Source: Oceanispirochaeta sp.
GTDB taxonomy: Bacteria > Spirochaetota > Spirochaetia > DSM-2461
Direction: 5' to 3'
DNA: 64,000 nt
NCBI GenBank assembly: GCA_963663385.2
Contig: CAXXXD010000002.1
Span: 800,001-864,000, forward strand
Position numbers and translations under genes: made by a program. This document shows, in pieces, positions 35,729-44,829 of this stretch. Each line of letters begins with the position of its first letter. Positions within the stretch are counted from its first letter, which is position 1. The notes beneath the pieces are model-generated. The model searched no databases. It worked only from the letters and a program-made list of their open reading frames with translations, and was not told the origin of the DNA.

Positions 35729-37516
35729 ATGCTGAAGAAAATAAAAACCCATTCTCAGGCTGTATTAATGCCCGTGGACTCTTCTATGAAGGGTAAACCT
35801 TTTATAGAGTTCCGGAATGTGGAATATTCCTACCCCGGCAGGAGCGATAAAGCCCTGAGGGATATCTCCTTTTCCCTGGATGAGGGGCAGCGTGTGCTCA
35901 TCCTGGGCAGTAACGGATCGGGGAAAAGCACTGTTACCAGATTAATGACAGGTCTCCTCTCTCCCGATAAGGGAAGCATTCATACAGCTTTTCTGGACGC
36001 ATCCAGAAGGGAGAATCTGCAAACCATACGGCGGAAGGCAGGTCTGCTTTTTCAAAACCCCACATCCCAGATTGTGGCGACGGTTGTCAGGGAGGATACG
36101 GCATTCGGGCCGGAAAACCTCGCTCTGTCGAGCCGGGAAATTCGGGAACGGGTGGAAAAGGCCCTGAAGCAGACCTCGCTGCACTCCCTCAGGAGACGGG
36201 CGACCCATAACCTTTCCGCCGGTCAGCAGCAGCGCCTTGCCCTGGCAGGTGTTCTTGCTCTGGGATCGGGCTGTCTTATCCTTGATGAAGCGGCTTCCAT
36301 GCTGAATCCCCTGGGTCGACGGGAGATGGATGATCTTCTTGATCATCTGCATGGTAAGGGGTTTACCCTTATCCGGGTTTCCCATTTTATGGATCAGGTG
36401 ATCTCGGCGGACAAGATCCTTGTGCTCAACAGGGGGGAGATGGTTTTTTCCGGAACCAGGGAAGAGTTTCTTTCCCGGTCCTCCTCTCTCCGTGACTGGT
36501 CTCTTGTCCTCCCGGCGGTTCCGGCTCTTTCAGAAAATATCAGGCAGGATATGCCGGATTTCCCCCTTTTTCTGAAGGAGAAGGATTTTGCCTCCCATAT
36601 AAAGGATACCGGACTCGAATTTACTCCGGAGCCTTCCTGTCAGGTTTCACCTGTAAAACGGGAGAATCTCCTGCTCTCCCTTAAGGCTGTGAATTTTGAG
36701 TATAACCGGAAATCTTCCCATCCTGTTCAGGGGCTTTCCGATGTGGATCTGGACTATTTCCGGGGAGAAACTCTTGTCCTGATGGGAAACACCGGATCGG
36801 GGAAGTCTACTCTTCTGCAGGTTCTGAATTCCCTTCTGATCCCCTCATCGGGTCATGTCTCACTTCTGGGAGAGAATCCTCTGGATCGTAACTGTGATCT
36901 GCCCCTCCTCAGAAGGCGGATCGGTCTTGTCATGCAGCAGCCGGAAAAACAGCTGTTTGCCCCTCTGGCCGGAGACGATGTCGCTTTTGGTCCCCGTCTG
37001 GCCGGACTGGAGGGACGGGAGCTGGCTTTGAGAGTCCGGGAAGCCATGGAACTGGCAGGACTGCCTTACCGGGAGTTCCGGGACAGGCCGGTCAGAGCTC
37101 TCAGCGGCGGGCAGAAACGCAAGGTTGCCCTGGCGGGGATTCTGGCCATGAAACCGGAAATCCTTCTTCTGGATGAACCTACAGCCGGTCTGGATCCTCT
37201 GGCTTCAGAAGAGCTGGAACAGCTCCTTGTTTCATTTAGGAGCAGGGGAATCGGACTTATAATCTCGACCCATGATGTGGAGCTGGCCCTGCGCTTCGAA
37301 CCCCGCCTGATTGTAATGGCCGGGGGGCGGAAAGCTTTTGACGGACCTCCGGAGACTTTTTTCCGGGATCATATACCCGGTGATTTCGGTCTGGAATACC
37401 CTCTGGCTCTCAGGATCTGGCGGGAGATCAGGCCCGGGGAACGGGATCAGTTCCCCTTGAGGCCGGAACAGCTGCAAAGGCATATCCTGTCAGCTTCGGG
37501 GGTACGTCCACTATGA
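35729..37516 (+). CDS. ECF transporter fused double ATPase (EcfA-EcfA')
   Basis: GAGGT RBS; two ABC domains (GSNGSGKST, FQNP, LSAGQ; GNTGSGKST, LSGGQ, LDEPTAGLDP). Confidence 0.92.
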   Translation: MLKKIKTHSQAVLMPVDSSMKGKPFIEFRNVEYSYPGRSDKALRDISFSLDEGQRVLILGSNGSGKSTVTRLMTGLLSPDKGSIHTAFLDASRRENLQTIRRKAGLLFQNPTSQIVATVVREDTAFGPENLALSSREIRERVEKALKQTSLHSLRRRATHNLSAGQQQRLALAGVLALGSGCLILDEAASMLNPLGRREMDDLLDHLHGKGFTLIRVSHFMDQVISADKILVLNRGEMVFSGTREEFLSRSSSLRDWSLVLPAVPALSENIRQDMPDFPLFLKEKDFASHIKDTGLEFTPEPSCQVSPVKRENLLLSLKAVNFEYNRKSSHPVQGLSDVDLDYFRGETLVLMGNTGSGKSTLLQVLNSLLIPSSGHVSLLGENPLDRNCDLPLLRRRIGLVMQQPEKQLFAPLAGDDVAFGPRLAGLEGRELALRVREAMELAGLPYREFRDRPVRALSGGQKRKVALAGILAMKPEILLLDEPTAGLDPLASEELEQLLVSFRSRGIGLIISTHDVELALRFEPRLIVMAGGRKAFDGPPETFFRDHIPGDFGLEYPLALRIWREIRPGERDQFPLRPEQLQRHILSASGVRPL

Positions 37517-38373
37517 TGAATTTTGATTTTTCCGCTGCCATGGGCATGGGCCAGTATGAACCGGGGGCTTCCCGGATCCACCGTCTTGTGCCGGGGGTGA
37601 AGCTGATTTCTCTTATCCTGCTGATGGGAGGGGTTCTCTTTTCTCCGCTTTTTCCGCAGTTGTTCCTGTATTATCTCTTTTTCTGTTTAGTATCCCGGAG
37701 CGCCGGGCTGAAAATCAGGCAGCTGTTGAAGGGAGTCAAACCGGTACTTCCCTTTCTGCTTTTGATCGGGATTATTCAGATATTCTTTATCAACCGGCAG
37801 GTGGAGGGAGAGCCTCTGGCTGTTGTCTGGCATTTCAGTATTTTCAGGGAGGACCTTCTTTTTACAGCCCGCCTGTTCGGCCGTTTTTTCAATCTGGTGC
37901 TCCTTTTCTCCCTCTTTACAGCCGTTACACCTTTGACCGAGATCAGTCACGGTACGGAGGCCCTTCTCCGTCCCTTTGACAGGAGAGGCCGGTGGTCTCA
38001 TGATCTGTCCCTTATCCTGACCATCACCTTCCGCTTTGTCCCGATCCTGATACAGGAGGCAGAGCACATTACCAAAGCCCAGGCATCCCGGGGGGCCCGG
38101 TTCGGAACATGGAAAACAGGCTATATAAAAAAAATACGTCTCTATTTTCCCCTGATCATACCCCTGTTTATCGCGGCTCTTGAAAGAGCCGAGATCCTTG
38201 TGGACGCTATGGAGTCCCGCTGCTATGAAGCGGGAACGGCCAGAACGCGACTGGATGAGTTCTACTGGAGGAAACAGGACTTTATTGCCCTGATCCTTGT
38301 TTTTCTGGTTTTTCTGAGCCTGCTTTTCGGCGGGCCATTATATAGAATCCCGGCCTGTTATTTTCGAATATAA
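37513..38373 (+). CDS. ecfT: ECF transmembrane component T
   Basis: RFVP.L..E...I..AQASRG and AMESRCY X-R-X motifs. Confidence 0.92.
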   Translation: MMNFDFSAAMGMGQYEPGASRIHRLVPGVKLISLILLMGGVLFSPLFPQLFLYYLFFCLVSRSAGLKIRQLLKGVKPVLPFLLLIGIIQIFFINRQVEGEPLAVVWHFSIFREDLLFTARLFGRFFNLVLLFSLFTAVTPLTEISHGTEALLRPFDRRGRWSHDLSLILTITFRFVPILIQEAEHITKAQASRGARFGTWKTGYIKKIRLYFPLIIPLFIAALERAEILVDAMESRCYEAGTARTRLDEFYWRKQDFIALILVFLVFLSLLFGGPLYRIPACYFRI

Positions 38374-38399
38374 CGGGTCAAATCGAATAGGAGTCGAAA

Positions 38400-38975
38400 A
38401 TGTCTGATAAGAGTCGTACAAGAAAAATCGTAATTGCCGGAGTCATGGCAGCTATATCCATTGTTCTGGGTGTTACCCGCCTGGGATTTATCCCCTGGCT
38501 TTCGGGGGCCTCGTTAACCGTTATGCATGTTCCCGTCATTATCGGAGCCATTCTGGAAGGCCCCGTCGTAGGGATGATCATTGGTCTCATTTTCGGGATT
38601 TTCAGTCTGGTACAGGCTGCTGTTTCTCCCACGGGACCTGTTGATGTGTTTTTTACCAATCCCCTGGTGTCCGTTCTGCCCCGGATCCTGATCGGTTTGA
38701 CTACATGGCTTGTGTACCGGGCCTTTCGGGACAGGTGGCTGCCCGTCGCGGTTATCTCCTCCTCCATTGCGGGAAGTTTAACCAATACCCTGCTGGTTCT
38801 GGGCGCTCTGGGATTCGCCGGAGCTCTCCCCTGGCCCCTGATCGGTACGATAACCCTGGCCAACGGTTTGCCCGAAGCCGGAGCTGCCGCTCTTATTTCC
38901 ATTGCGGTAATTGTAAGCTGGAAGTCTGTGGGACTGAAAAAGCAGGCTGATCTTGAAAAACTGGAAGACGAATAA
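38400..38975 (+). CDS. ECF substrate-binding S component, probably pantothenate (PanT-like)
   Basis: LGFIP....LTVMHVPVIIGAILEGP..G, NPLVSVLPR, TNT; adjacent to coaX. Confidence 0.85.
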   Translation: MSDKSRTRKIVIAGVMAAISIVLGVTRLGFIPWLSGASLTVMHVPVIIGAILEGPVVGMIIGLIFGIFSLVQAAVSPTGPVDVFFTNPLVSVLPRILIGLTTWLVYRAFRDRWLPVAVISSSIAGSLTNTLLVLGALGFAGALPWPLIGTITLANGLPEAGAAALISIAVIVSWKSVGLKKQADLEKLEDE

Positions 38976-39757
38976 TGCTGTTGGCTGTTGATATCGGGAA
39001 TACGAATATAGTACTGGGAATCCACGATGGTGAATCCTGGCTTAACCACTGGAGGATCTGTACGGATCCCATCAAGATGCCTGATGAATACGGAGTCCTG
39101 GTTCGGGACCTTATGCGGCAGGAGGGGATTCATCACAGTGATATAAATCAGGCTGTAATCAGCAGTGTCGTACCGGGGCTCACTCCCAAAATCCGGGATA
39201 TGATTCAAAAGCTTTTCTCCTTTCAGGCTCTTATTGTCGGGCCTGGAGTAAAAACCGGACTGAAGATCCTGATTGAGAATCCCGCCGAGCTGGGAACGGA
39301 TATCGTCTGTAACTCAGTAGCTGCCTATAACCGGATCGGCGGGAACTGTATAGTCGTGGATTTCGGTACGGCCCTGACCTTTACAGCCATCCGGGAACCA
39401 GGAGAGATTCTGGGGGTATCCATCGCTCCGGGGCTGCAGGCCGCCGCGGAGGCTCTCTCCGAGCATACGGCACAGCTGCCGCAGGTGTGGCTGGAACCGC
39501 CCAAATCGACAATCGGAAAGAATACCATCAAATCCGTTCAGTCCGGAGTCGTCTTCGGTTATACCGGGCTGGTGGAATCCCTGATTGACAGGATGAAGGT
39601 AGAGCTGGGCGGCTCTGTTTCCGTAATCGGCACGGGGGGCCGTTCCGGGGTAATCGCTCCTCTGACGGACCGCTTTACCCTGATCGAACCCTGGCTGATC
39701 CTGGAGGGCCTGAGGCTTATTGCCGAGAGGAACAGGAAGTTTTTTACGGATCAGTAG
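38975..39757 (+). CDS. coaX: Type III pantothenate kinase
   Basis: AVDIGNTN, SSVVP, NPAELGTD, VDFGTALT, IAPG, GTGG, LEGL. Confidence 0.95.
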   Translation: MLLAVDIGNTNIVLGIHDGESWLNHWRICTDPIKMPDEYGVLVRDLMRQEGIHHSDINQAVISSVVPGLTPKIRDMIQKLFSFQALIVGPGVKTGLKILIENPAELGTDIVCNSVAAYNRIGGNCIVVDFGTALTFTAIREPGEILGVSIAPGLQAAAEALSEHTAQLPQVWLEPPKSTIGKNTIKSVQSGVVFGYTGLVESLIDRMKVELGGSVSVIGTGGRSGVIAPLTDRFTLIEPWLILEGLRLIAERNRKFFTDQ

Positions 39758-41565
39758 AGGGTGCTCTCTGCACAGCCCCGTCTGATTCGTTCAACGGCGA
39801 AAGAGTCCTTCGACTTTTTCGCCTTTTTTTTAAGCGCCATCATTGCTCCGGTAAAATCTTCCAGAGTACAGGGTTCTGTCTCTTCAATCTCCATTACAGC
39901 GGCGCTGACCGTCAGGAGAGGGAAATCCCGGGGCACATCCTGACGGTCTCTTGCCCTGATAAACCCTTTTTTCCTGTCCTCTTCGCTGTAATAGGACTTC
40001 ACATCCTCTTTGAAGAAAACCTGTATCTGTCTGACCGTATCCTCTATAGGGGTTTCCCGCGGTCCATCATTAAAAACAACCAGAAAATCATCTCCTCCGA
40101 TATGCCCGATAAAATCCCTGTTCAGGTTCAGCTCTCTTTTAAGTATTTCCGCAAACAGGATTATCACCCTGTCTCCCAGGCGAAAACCGTAAACATCATT
40201 GAAAGGCTTAAAGCTGTTGAAGTCGAAATATACGACCGTCCCGTTCTGTTTCTTTTCCTTTAAAAGCTGTTTCAGATGACTGTTAATGGCATAATTCCCC
40301 GGCAGGCGGGTGAGGGGATTCTGGTCTCTTGCCTTGGCCACCTCCTGCTCATTCACCAGATCAAGCAGACCCGCCGGTTCCAGGATGCCAAGATAGGCTC
40401 CGTTCCGGGTTATGGCCACTCCGTTCGATATGCTCATACTGGCAGTAATCTTCAGTATGGAATCCAGATTTGTCGTTACCTCTGTCGAAGGGATCCTGGT
40501 CAGAAAGGATTCCAGACCCTTAGTATGGTTATGATTCCGGAAGAGGGCGATCCCGAAGGGAGAATAGACGTAATTCCTGAGGTCCTTCTCCTGAATACAG
40601 CCGACAGGGCTGTTGTTCCTGTCTACAACGGGAAGCAGCCTGAGATCTTCTCTCTGAAACCGTTTCAGGATTAATTCGCTGTCAGCGTCCAGTGTAATTG
40701 GCCGCGTTTTAGTCAGTCTGCTTTCCAGGATACAGCTCTGTTCATCCCTTTTCCGGCGGCGGAAGTCCTTACCTGACCTGTCAAGGATGTACTGCTGTTT
40801 CAGTTTGCAGATGTCCTGTTCGGGACGGGCTATATGGTATCCCTGAAGCATATCGCAGCCTATCATCCGGCAGAAATTCATCTCTTCCTCGTTTTCAATC
40901 CCCTCGGCGACGACTTTGATGCCCATGATATGAGCCATGTTGACAGTATTTTCCGCCAGAAGTTTTTTTTTGGAGTCATTGTGAATCCCTTCAATGAAAA
41001 ACCGGTCAATTTTCAGAACATCCGGGTTGGAGTGATACAGGAGCTGCAGACCGGAATACCCTGATCCGTAATCATCAATGGCAATCCTGAAATTCTGCCT
41101 TTTATACTCTTCCAGAATCCGGTTGGCTCCGGTGTAAGAGTTGAACTCATGGCGTTCGGATATTTCAAAAAAAAGGTTGGACTTTTGAATCCCCATTTTC
41201 TGGAGCAGTTCATTTGTGTTTCCCGGCAGGTAATCCGGCATTTCCAGAACACGGTTGTCCAGATTGTAAAACAGGGTTCTGTTCTGCATCCCCCGTATGG
41301 ATTTGAACTTTTCAATGGCTTTACGCCTCAGTTCCAGGTCCAGAGCGTAAATAACCTGATCTGAAAAGGCATCGTCAAACAGGGCGAATATGCTGTCATA
41401 ACCGCACAGATCCCAATTCCGCAGGAGAGCCTCATAGCCGAATACTTCACCTGTCGTACTGTTTACAATGGGTTGAAAAGCATAGTCCAGTACCTCGGAT
41501 TTCCTGTTCCATTTCTCTGTCATGGTCTGTATTTCCATTTTGAATATATCGTTTAGCACAAGCAT
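39751..41565 (-). CDS. EAL-CBS-GGDEF c-di-GMP enzyme
   Basis: FQPI, YEALLR, EISE, DDYGSGYS, KIDR, AEGIE, QGY; CBS-like region; NPLTRLPG, FKPFND.YG..GD, GGDDF. Confidence 0.92.
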   Translation of the reverse strand: MLVLNDIFKMEIQTMTEKWNRKSEVLDYAFQPIVNSTTGEVFGYEALLRNWDLCGYDSIFALFDDAFSDQVIYALDLELRRKAIEKFKSIRGMQNRTLFYNLDNRVLEMPDYLPGNTNELLQKMGIQKSNLFFEISERHEFNSYTGANRILEEYKRQNFRIAIDDYGSGYSGLQLLYHSNPDVLKIDRFFIEGIHNDSKKKLLAENTVNMAHIMGIKVVAEGIENEEEMNFCRMIGCDMLQGYHIARPEQDICKLKQQYILDRSGKDFRRRKRDEQSCILESRLTKTRPITLDADSELILKRFQREDLRLLPVVDRNNSPVGCIQEKDLRNYVYSPFGIALFRNHNHTKGLESFLTRIPSTEVTTNLDSILKITASMSISNGVAITRNGAYLGILEPAGLLDLVNEQEVAKARDQNPLTRLPGNYAINSHLKQLLKEKKQNGTVVYFDFNSFKPFNDVYGFRLGDRVIILFAEILKRELNLNRDFIGHIGGDDFLVVFNDGPRETPIEDTVRQIQVFFKEDVKSYYSEEDRKKGFIRARDRQDVPRDFPLLTVSAAVMEIEETEPCTLEDFTGAMMALKKKAKKSKDSFAVERIRRGCAESTLY

Positions 41566-41748
41566 GATTCACTGCTCCGTCTTTTTAAATAAATACAGGA
41601 TTTATAATGGGACGGATTTGTTAAAAAATAATGAACTATCATGAGAAAACCATTAATCTTCCGATGTATTTGATTTTTTTCCCTTTGGCTGTATAGTAAA
41701 CATTAGTTGTCGGCAAGTTCGGATTTGCCTGATTCAAAGGAGTTTTTC

Positions 41749-42579
41749 ATGAAAAAAATAATACGAGTTATCCCTTTAATAATCATTTTATTTCTGGCAG
41801 GGTGTTTTTCCCTGCCGGAGGGCGGTTTTTCAGTTTCGGAGCTGGCCGGAAATAAAATATCATCAGCCATGGGGCTGGACGATATGGCTCTGGAAATGCA
41901 GGCGCTGGAGTTTTTTGCCCTGTATGCTGCATACGGATTTTATGGCGGCTATGGGTATGAAACCGGATTTTACGAGGGACAGGGAACCCGCTGGCACACA
42001 AATTCGGCAGATAAAGACGGGGGGCAGAGCAGCTCCGATTACGAACGGATATTCCTGAAGGATATGGGTGACGGCAGCGGATGGTGGCGCCTTGCTGTGG
42101 AGAATGAACAGGAAAGAGCCGAATACGAGTACCTCTTGGGGCCTGAATCAGAATTCCTTGCTGTCCGTTTCAGAGATCCTGAAACCGGAGAGATTGTGGA
42201 GTATATTCCCGAACAGACAGAGGAGCCCGAATCGGATGAAGCCGCTGCGGCGGGACTGGAAGACGGATCTGATGAAGATATGACCTATGACGATGACATG
42301 GAGGAGTATGAAAACCTGGAATACTCACAGTACAGTATGGGAAGTGAAAAAATAACCGTTGGAGCAGGAACTTTTACAGCAGAGCATATGGTTTCGGAGT
42401 ACAAGGATGATTCCAGTGCGGAAGATCCCGTAGATATCCGCTCTGACTGGTGGATTGTGGAAACCGTGCCCGGGGGGACTGTTAAATATAAGTGGGTCAA
42501 TAATGCCGAAGGCGGAACCATGGACAGCGAATTGACTAAGCTCCTGACTGGACAAACCACCATCTTTGAATCCTATTGA
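41749..42579 (+). CDS. Uncharacterised acidic lipoprotein
   Basis: AAGGAG RBS; MKK...LAG-C lipobox; ITVGAGTF motif. Confidence 0.8.
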   Translation: MKKIIRVIPLIIILFLAGCFSLPEGGFSVSELAGNKISSAMGLDDMALEMQALEFFALYAAYGFYGGYGYETGFYEGQGTRWHTNSADKDGGQSSSDYERIFLKDMGDGSGWWRLAVENEQERAEYEYLLGPESEFLAVRFRDPETGEIVEYIPEQTEEPESDEAAAAGLEDGSDEDMTYDDDMEEYENLEYSQYSMGSEKITVGAGTFTAEHMVSEYKDDSSAEDPVDIRSDWWIVETVPGGTVKYKWVNNAEGGTMDSELTKLLTGQTTIFESY

Positions 42580-43925
42580 TGAAGCATCCTTTTAAAAAAT
42601 CCCCTTCCTGGTGCCTTGTTCTGAGCGGAGGAGGGGCCAAAGGGGTCTACCATATCGGCGCCTGGAGAGCCCTGAAAGAACTGGGTATTGAAGTAAATGC
42701 CTTTATCGGGAATTCCATAGGCGCCATAATGGCCGGGTTTCTTGCCCAGGGTAAAGACAGGGAACTTGAAGACATCGGCAACCGGATAGGGATCGACTAT
42801 ATCATGAAGGTTCCCGATGAACTGATAGAGAACGGAGAACTGAAAATCGGCCGGGGACAGCTCCCGGCTTTCCGGGCATTCTACCACAGCTTCATACAGA
42901 AAAAGGGGATTGATGTCAGTCCCATGAGACGTCTGCTTTACGATAACCTGAATGAAGAGGAAATCCGGAAATCCGGAAATGATCTGGGGGTTGTCACCTT
43001 TAACGTCACTGATATAAGGGCCGTTAAAACCTATCTGGATGAGATGGAGGAAGGTACGGTTCTGGAATACCTGATGGCCAGCGCCGCCTTCCCGGGGCTG
43101 GAGCAGACCGTTATCAGGGGGAAGAAGTTTATTGACGGTGGTGTGTACGACAATCTTCCCTATGACATGGCCACAAGAAGGGGGTACCGGAATATCATTA
43201 TTCTGGATATTTCCGGTATGGGAATAAACCGCCGCCCTGAAATACAGGGTACCAATACAATCTATATAAAAAATTCCATCAATATGGGAGGTGTCTTCGA
43301 TTTCAACCGGGAGTTTCTGGACAGTTTTAAAGAACTGGGCTACCTGGACACTCTCAAAACTTTCAACCGGCTGAAGGGGTACCGCTATTTTATCGAACCG
43401 GATAGACGTTTTGAAAAACTGCTTTACAGGAAAATCCGGAATGAAGCCGTGCAGGTATACCTTGAGGGGCTGCTGCCTCCCGCAAAAAAGGGAGCCCCGG
43501 AAGTGGATATCGAACTGCATATCAGAAAGGTATTGCCCGAGGAGATGCAGAAAAACAGGGAACTCCTCTACAGCCTGGCAGACTGTACGGCTTCCGTCTT
43601 CTCTCTTGAACGGATCCGAAAGTATACAATTCAGGAGATAATGGATCTGGCGGAGGAGAGGCTTTGGCTTGTGGAGAAAAAAATCCGGGAGTTGAAAACT
43701 TCGATTACCGGGGATGAAGTATCACAGTTGATGAAGACCCTGTCGGTCTTCTTTAAAGAGGCGGGAAATCCGGAAGAGGAACTGGAGTCTCCCTATTACT
43801 ACTACCGGCTTGTTCAGGATGTTCTGGAGCAGAGTGATAGCTCCCTTCTGATGAAAGCCCTCTTCAGCCATTATGAGGTTTTGCGGGGGGGACTTCTGTT
43901 TCTGGATATTATGGAGAGCGGCTGA
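42579..43925 (+). CDS. Patatin-like phospholipase
   Basis: LSGGGAKG, GNSIG nucleophile, ASAAFP, DGG..DNLP. Confidence 0.92.
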   Translation: MKHPFKKSPSWCLVLSGGGAKGVYHIGAWRALKELGIEVNAFIGNSIGAIMAGFLAQGKDRELEDIGNRIGIDYIMKVPDELIENGELKIGRGQLPAFRAFYHSFIQKKGIDVSPMRRLLYDNLNEEEIRKSGNDLGVVTFNVTDIRAVKTYLDEMEEGTVLEYLMASAAFPGLEQTVIRGKKFIDGGVYDNLPYDMATRRGYRNIIILDISGMGINRRPEIQGTNTIYIKNSINMGGVFDFNREFLDSFKELGYLDTLKTFNRLKGYRYFIEPDRRFEKLLYRKIRNEAVQVYLEGLLPPAKKGAPEVDIELHIRKVLPEEMQKNRELLYSLADCTASVFSLERIRKYTIQEIMDLAEERLWLVEKKIRELKTSITGDEVSQLMKTLSVFFKEAGNPEEELESPYYYYRLVQDVLEQSDSSLLMKALFSHYEVLRGGLLFLDIMESG

Positions 43926-43928
43926 GCT

Positions 43929-44681
43929 TCAGATGTCGCCTTTGGGAGGGTCAAAAAAGATAATGGCCCTTTTGCTGTCCGTATCTCTCAGGGGACGGAG
44001 ACGGACGATATAATCTGTTCTGCCGATGGTAAAGGGCAGACGGAATTCCGACCAGTAATTTCCGGTCTTATCCATAAGGATTGTAACAAGGTCTCTTTGC
44101 AGCTCTATACTCTGCCCCTCTGCGGCTATTTTAAACTTGTAGATATCATTGCTGATAAGACAACGAAACTCCTTGTCTACCACCAGTGCCGCCTGGGGAA
44201 GAACATTAAGGATGGCAGTAGAGAGAACAAGATCCTCCTCTCTGTCTTTTTTTATCTCCTGAAAGGCCGCCAGTATGGACTTCATGGACTTCCGGTTGGC
44301 TTCACCTGTTTTAAACTTCTCAACGCATTCTTCTATTATTTCAAGCAGGTCCTGTCTCTTCCAGGATGTCTTCAGGGCGGCGCAGATATCTTTTTTTCTT
44401 ATGGCATTCTGTATTCTTTCTGAATCCGCCTGTCTGCTGATCAGACAGCGGACAGTGTCGGGGTAGCGATGCTTTACGGATTTCAGAAATTCCAGTCCGC
44501 TTTTATCCGGCAGATCTTCGTGACAAACCAGGATACTGGCGGGGTGTTTCTGCATGGCGTGTACTGCCTCTTTGCAGTTTATGGCAATATGTACTCTGTA
44601 ACTCTCATTTTTCAGATAGCTTTTTATCGATTTCAGCTCTTCATCATTTTGATTAATCGCCAGTACTACCGGTTTCCCCAC
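43929..44681 (-). CDS. Atypical receiver-domain protein with PAS-like C-terminus
   Basis: GAGG RBS, GTG start; receiver fold (LP..SGLEFL..V...YPDTVR.LIS...K.W) without the canonical Asp residues. Confidence 0.7.
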   Translation of the reverse strand: MGKPVVLAINQNDEELKSIKSYLKNESYRVHIAINCKEAVHAMQKHPASILVCHEDLPDKSGLEFLKSVKHRYPDTVRCLISRQADSERIQNAIRKKDICAALKTSWKRQDLLEIIEECVEKFKTGEANRKSMKSILAAFQEIKKDREEDLVLSTAILNVLPQAALVVDKEFRCLISNDIYKFKIAAEGQSIELQRDLVTILMDKTGNYWSEFRLPFTIGRTDYIVRLRPLRDTDSKRAIIFFDPPKGDI

Positions 44682-44829
44682 TTCATGTAACCTCGTATTT
44701 TATGGATTTTCTGTGTTCCGCATAATTAATTATGATAAATAAAATCCGAAAAATCAAAAAAGAACATAAAATTACGGATAAATAAGGGAAAATCAATTTC
44801 CGGTATTCCGCAGGTCTTATTTTGATGGT

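Noticed and set aside
35640..35730. Riboswitch ahead of the ECF operon
   Set aside because: Short leader with no recognisable TPP, FMN, SAM, B12 or preQ1 core; an Rfam scan would be needed to exclude rarer motifs.
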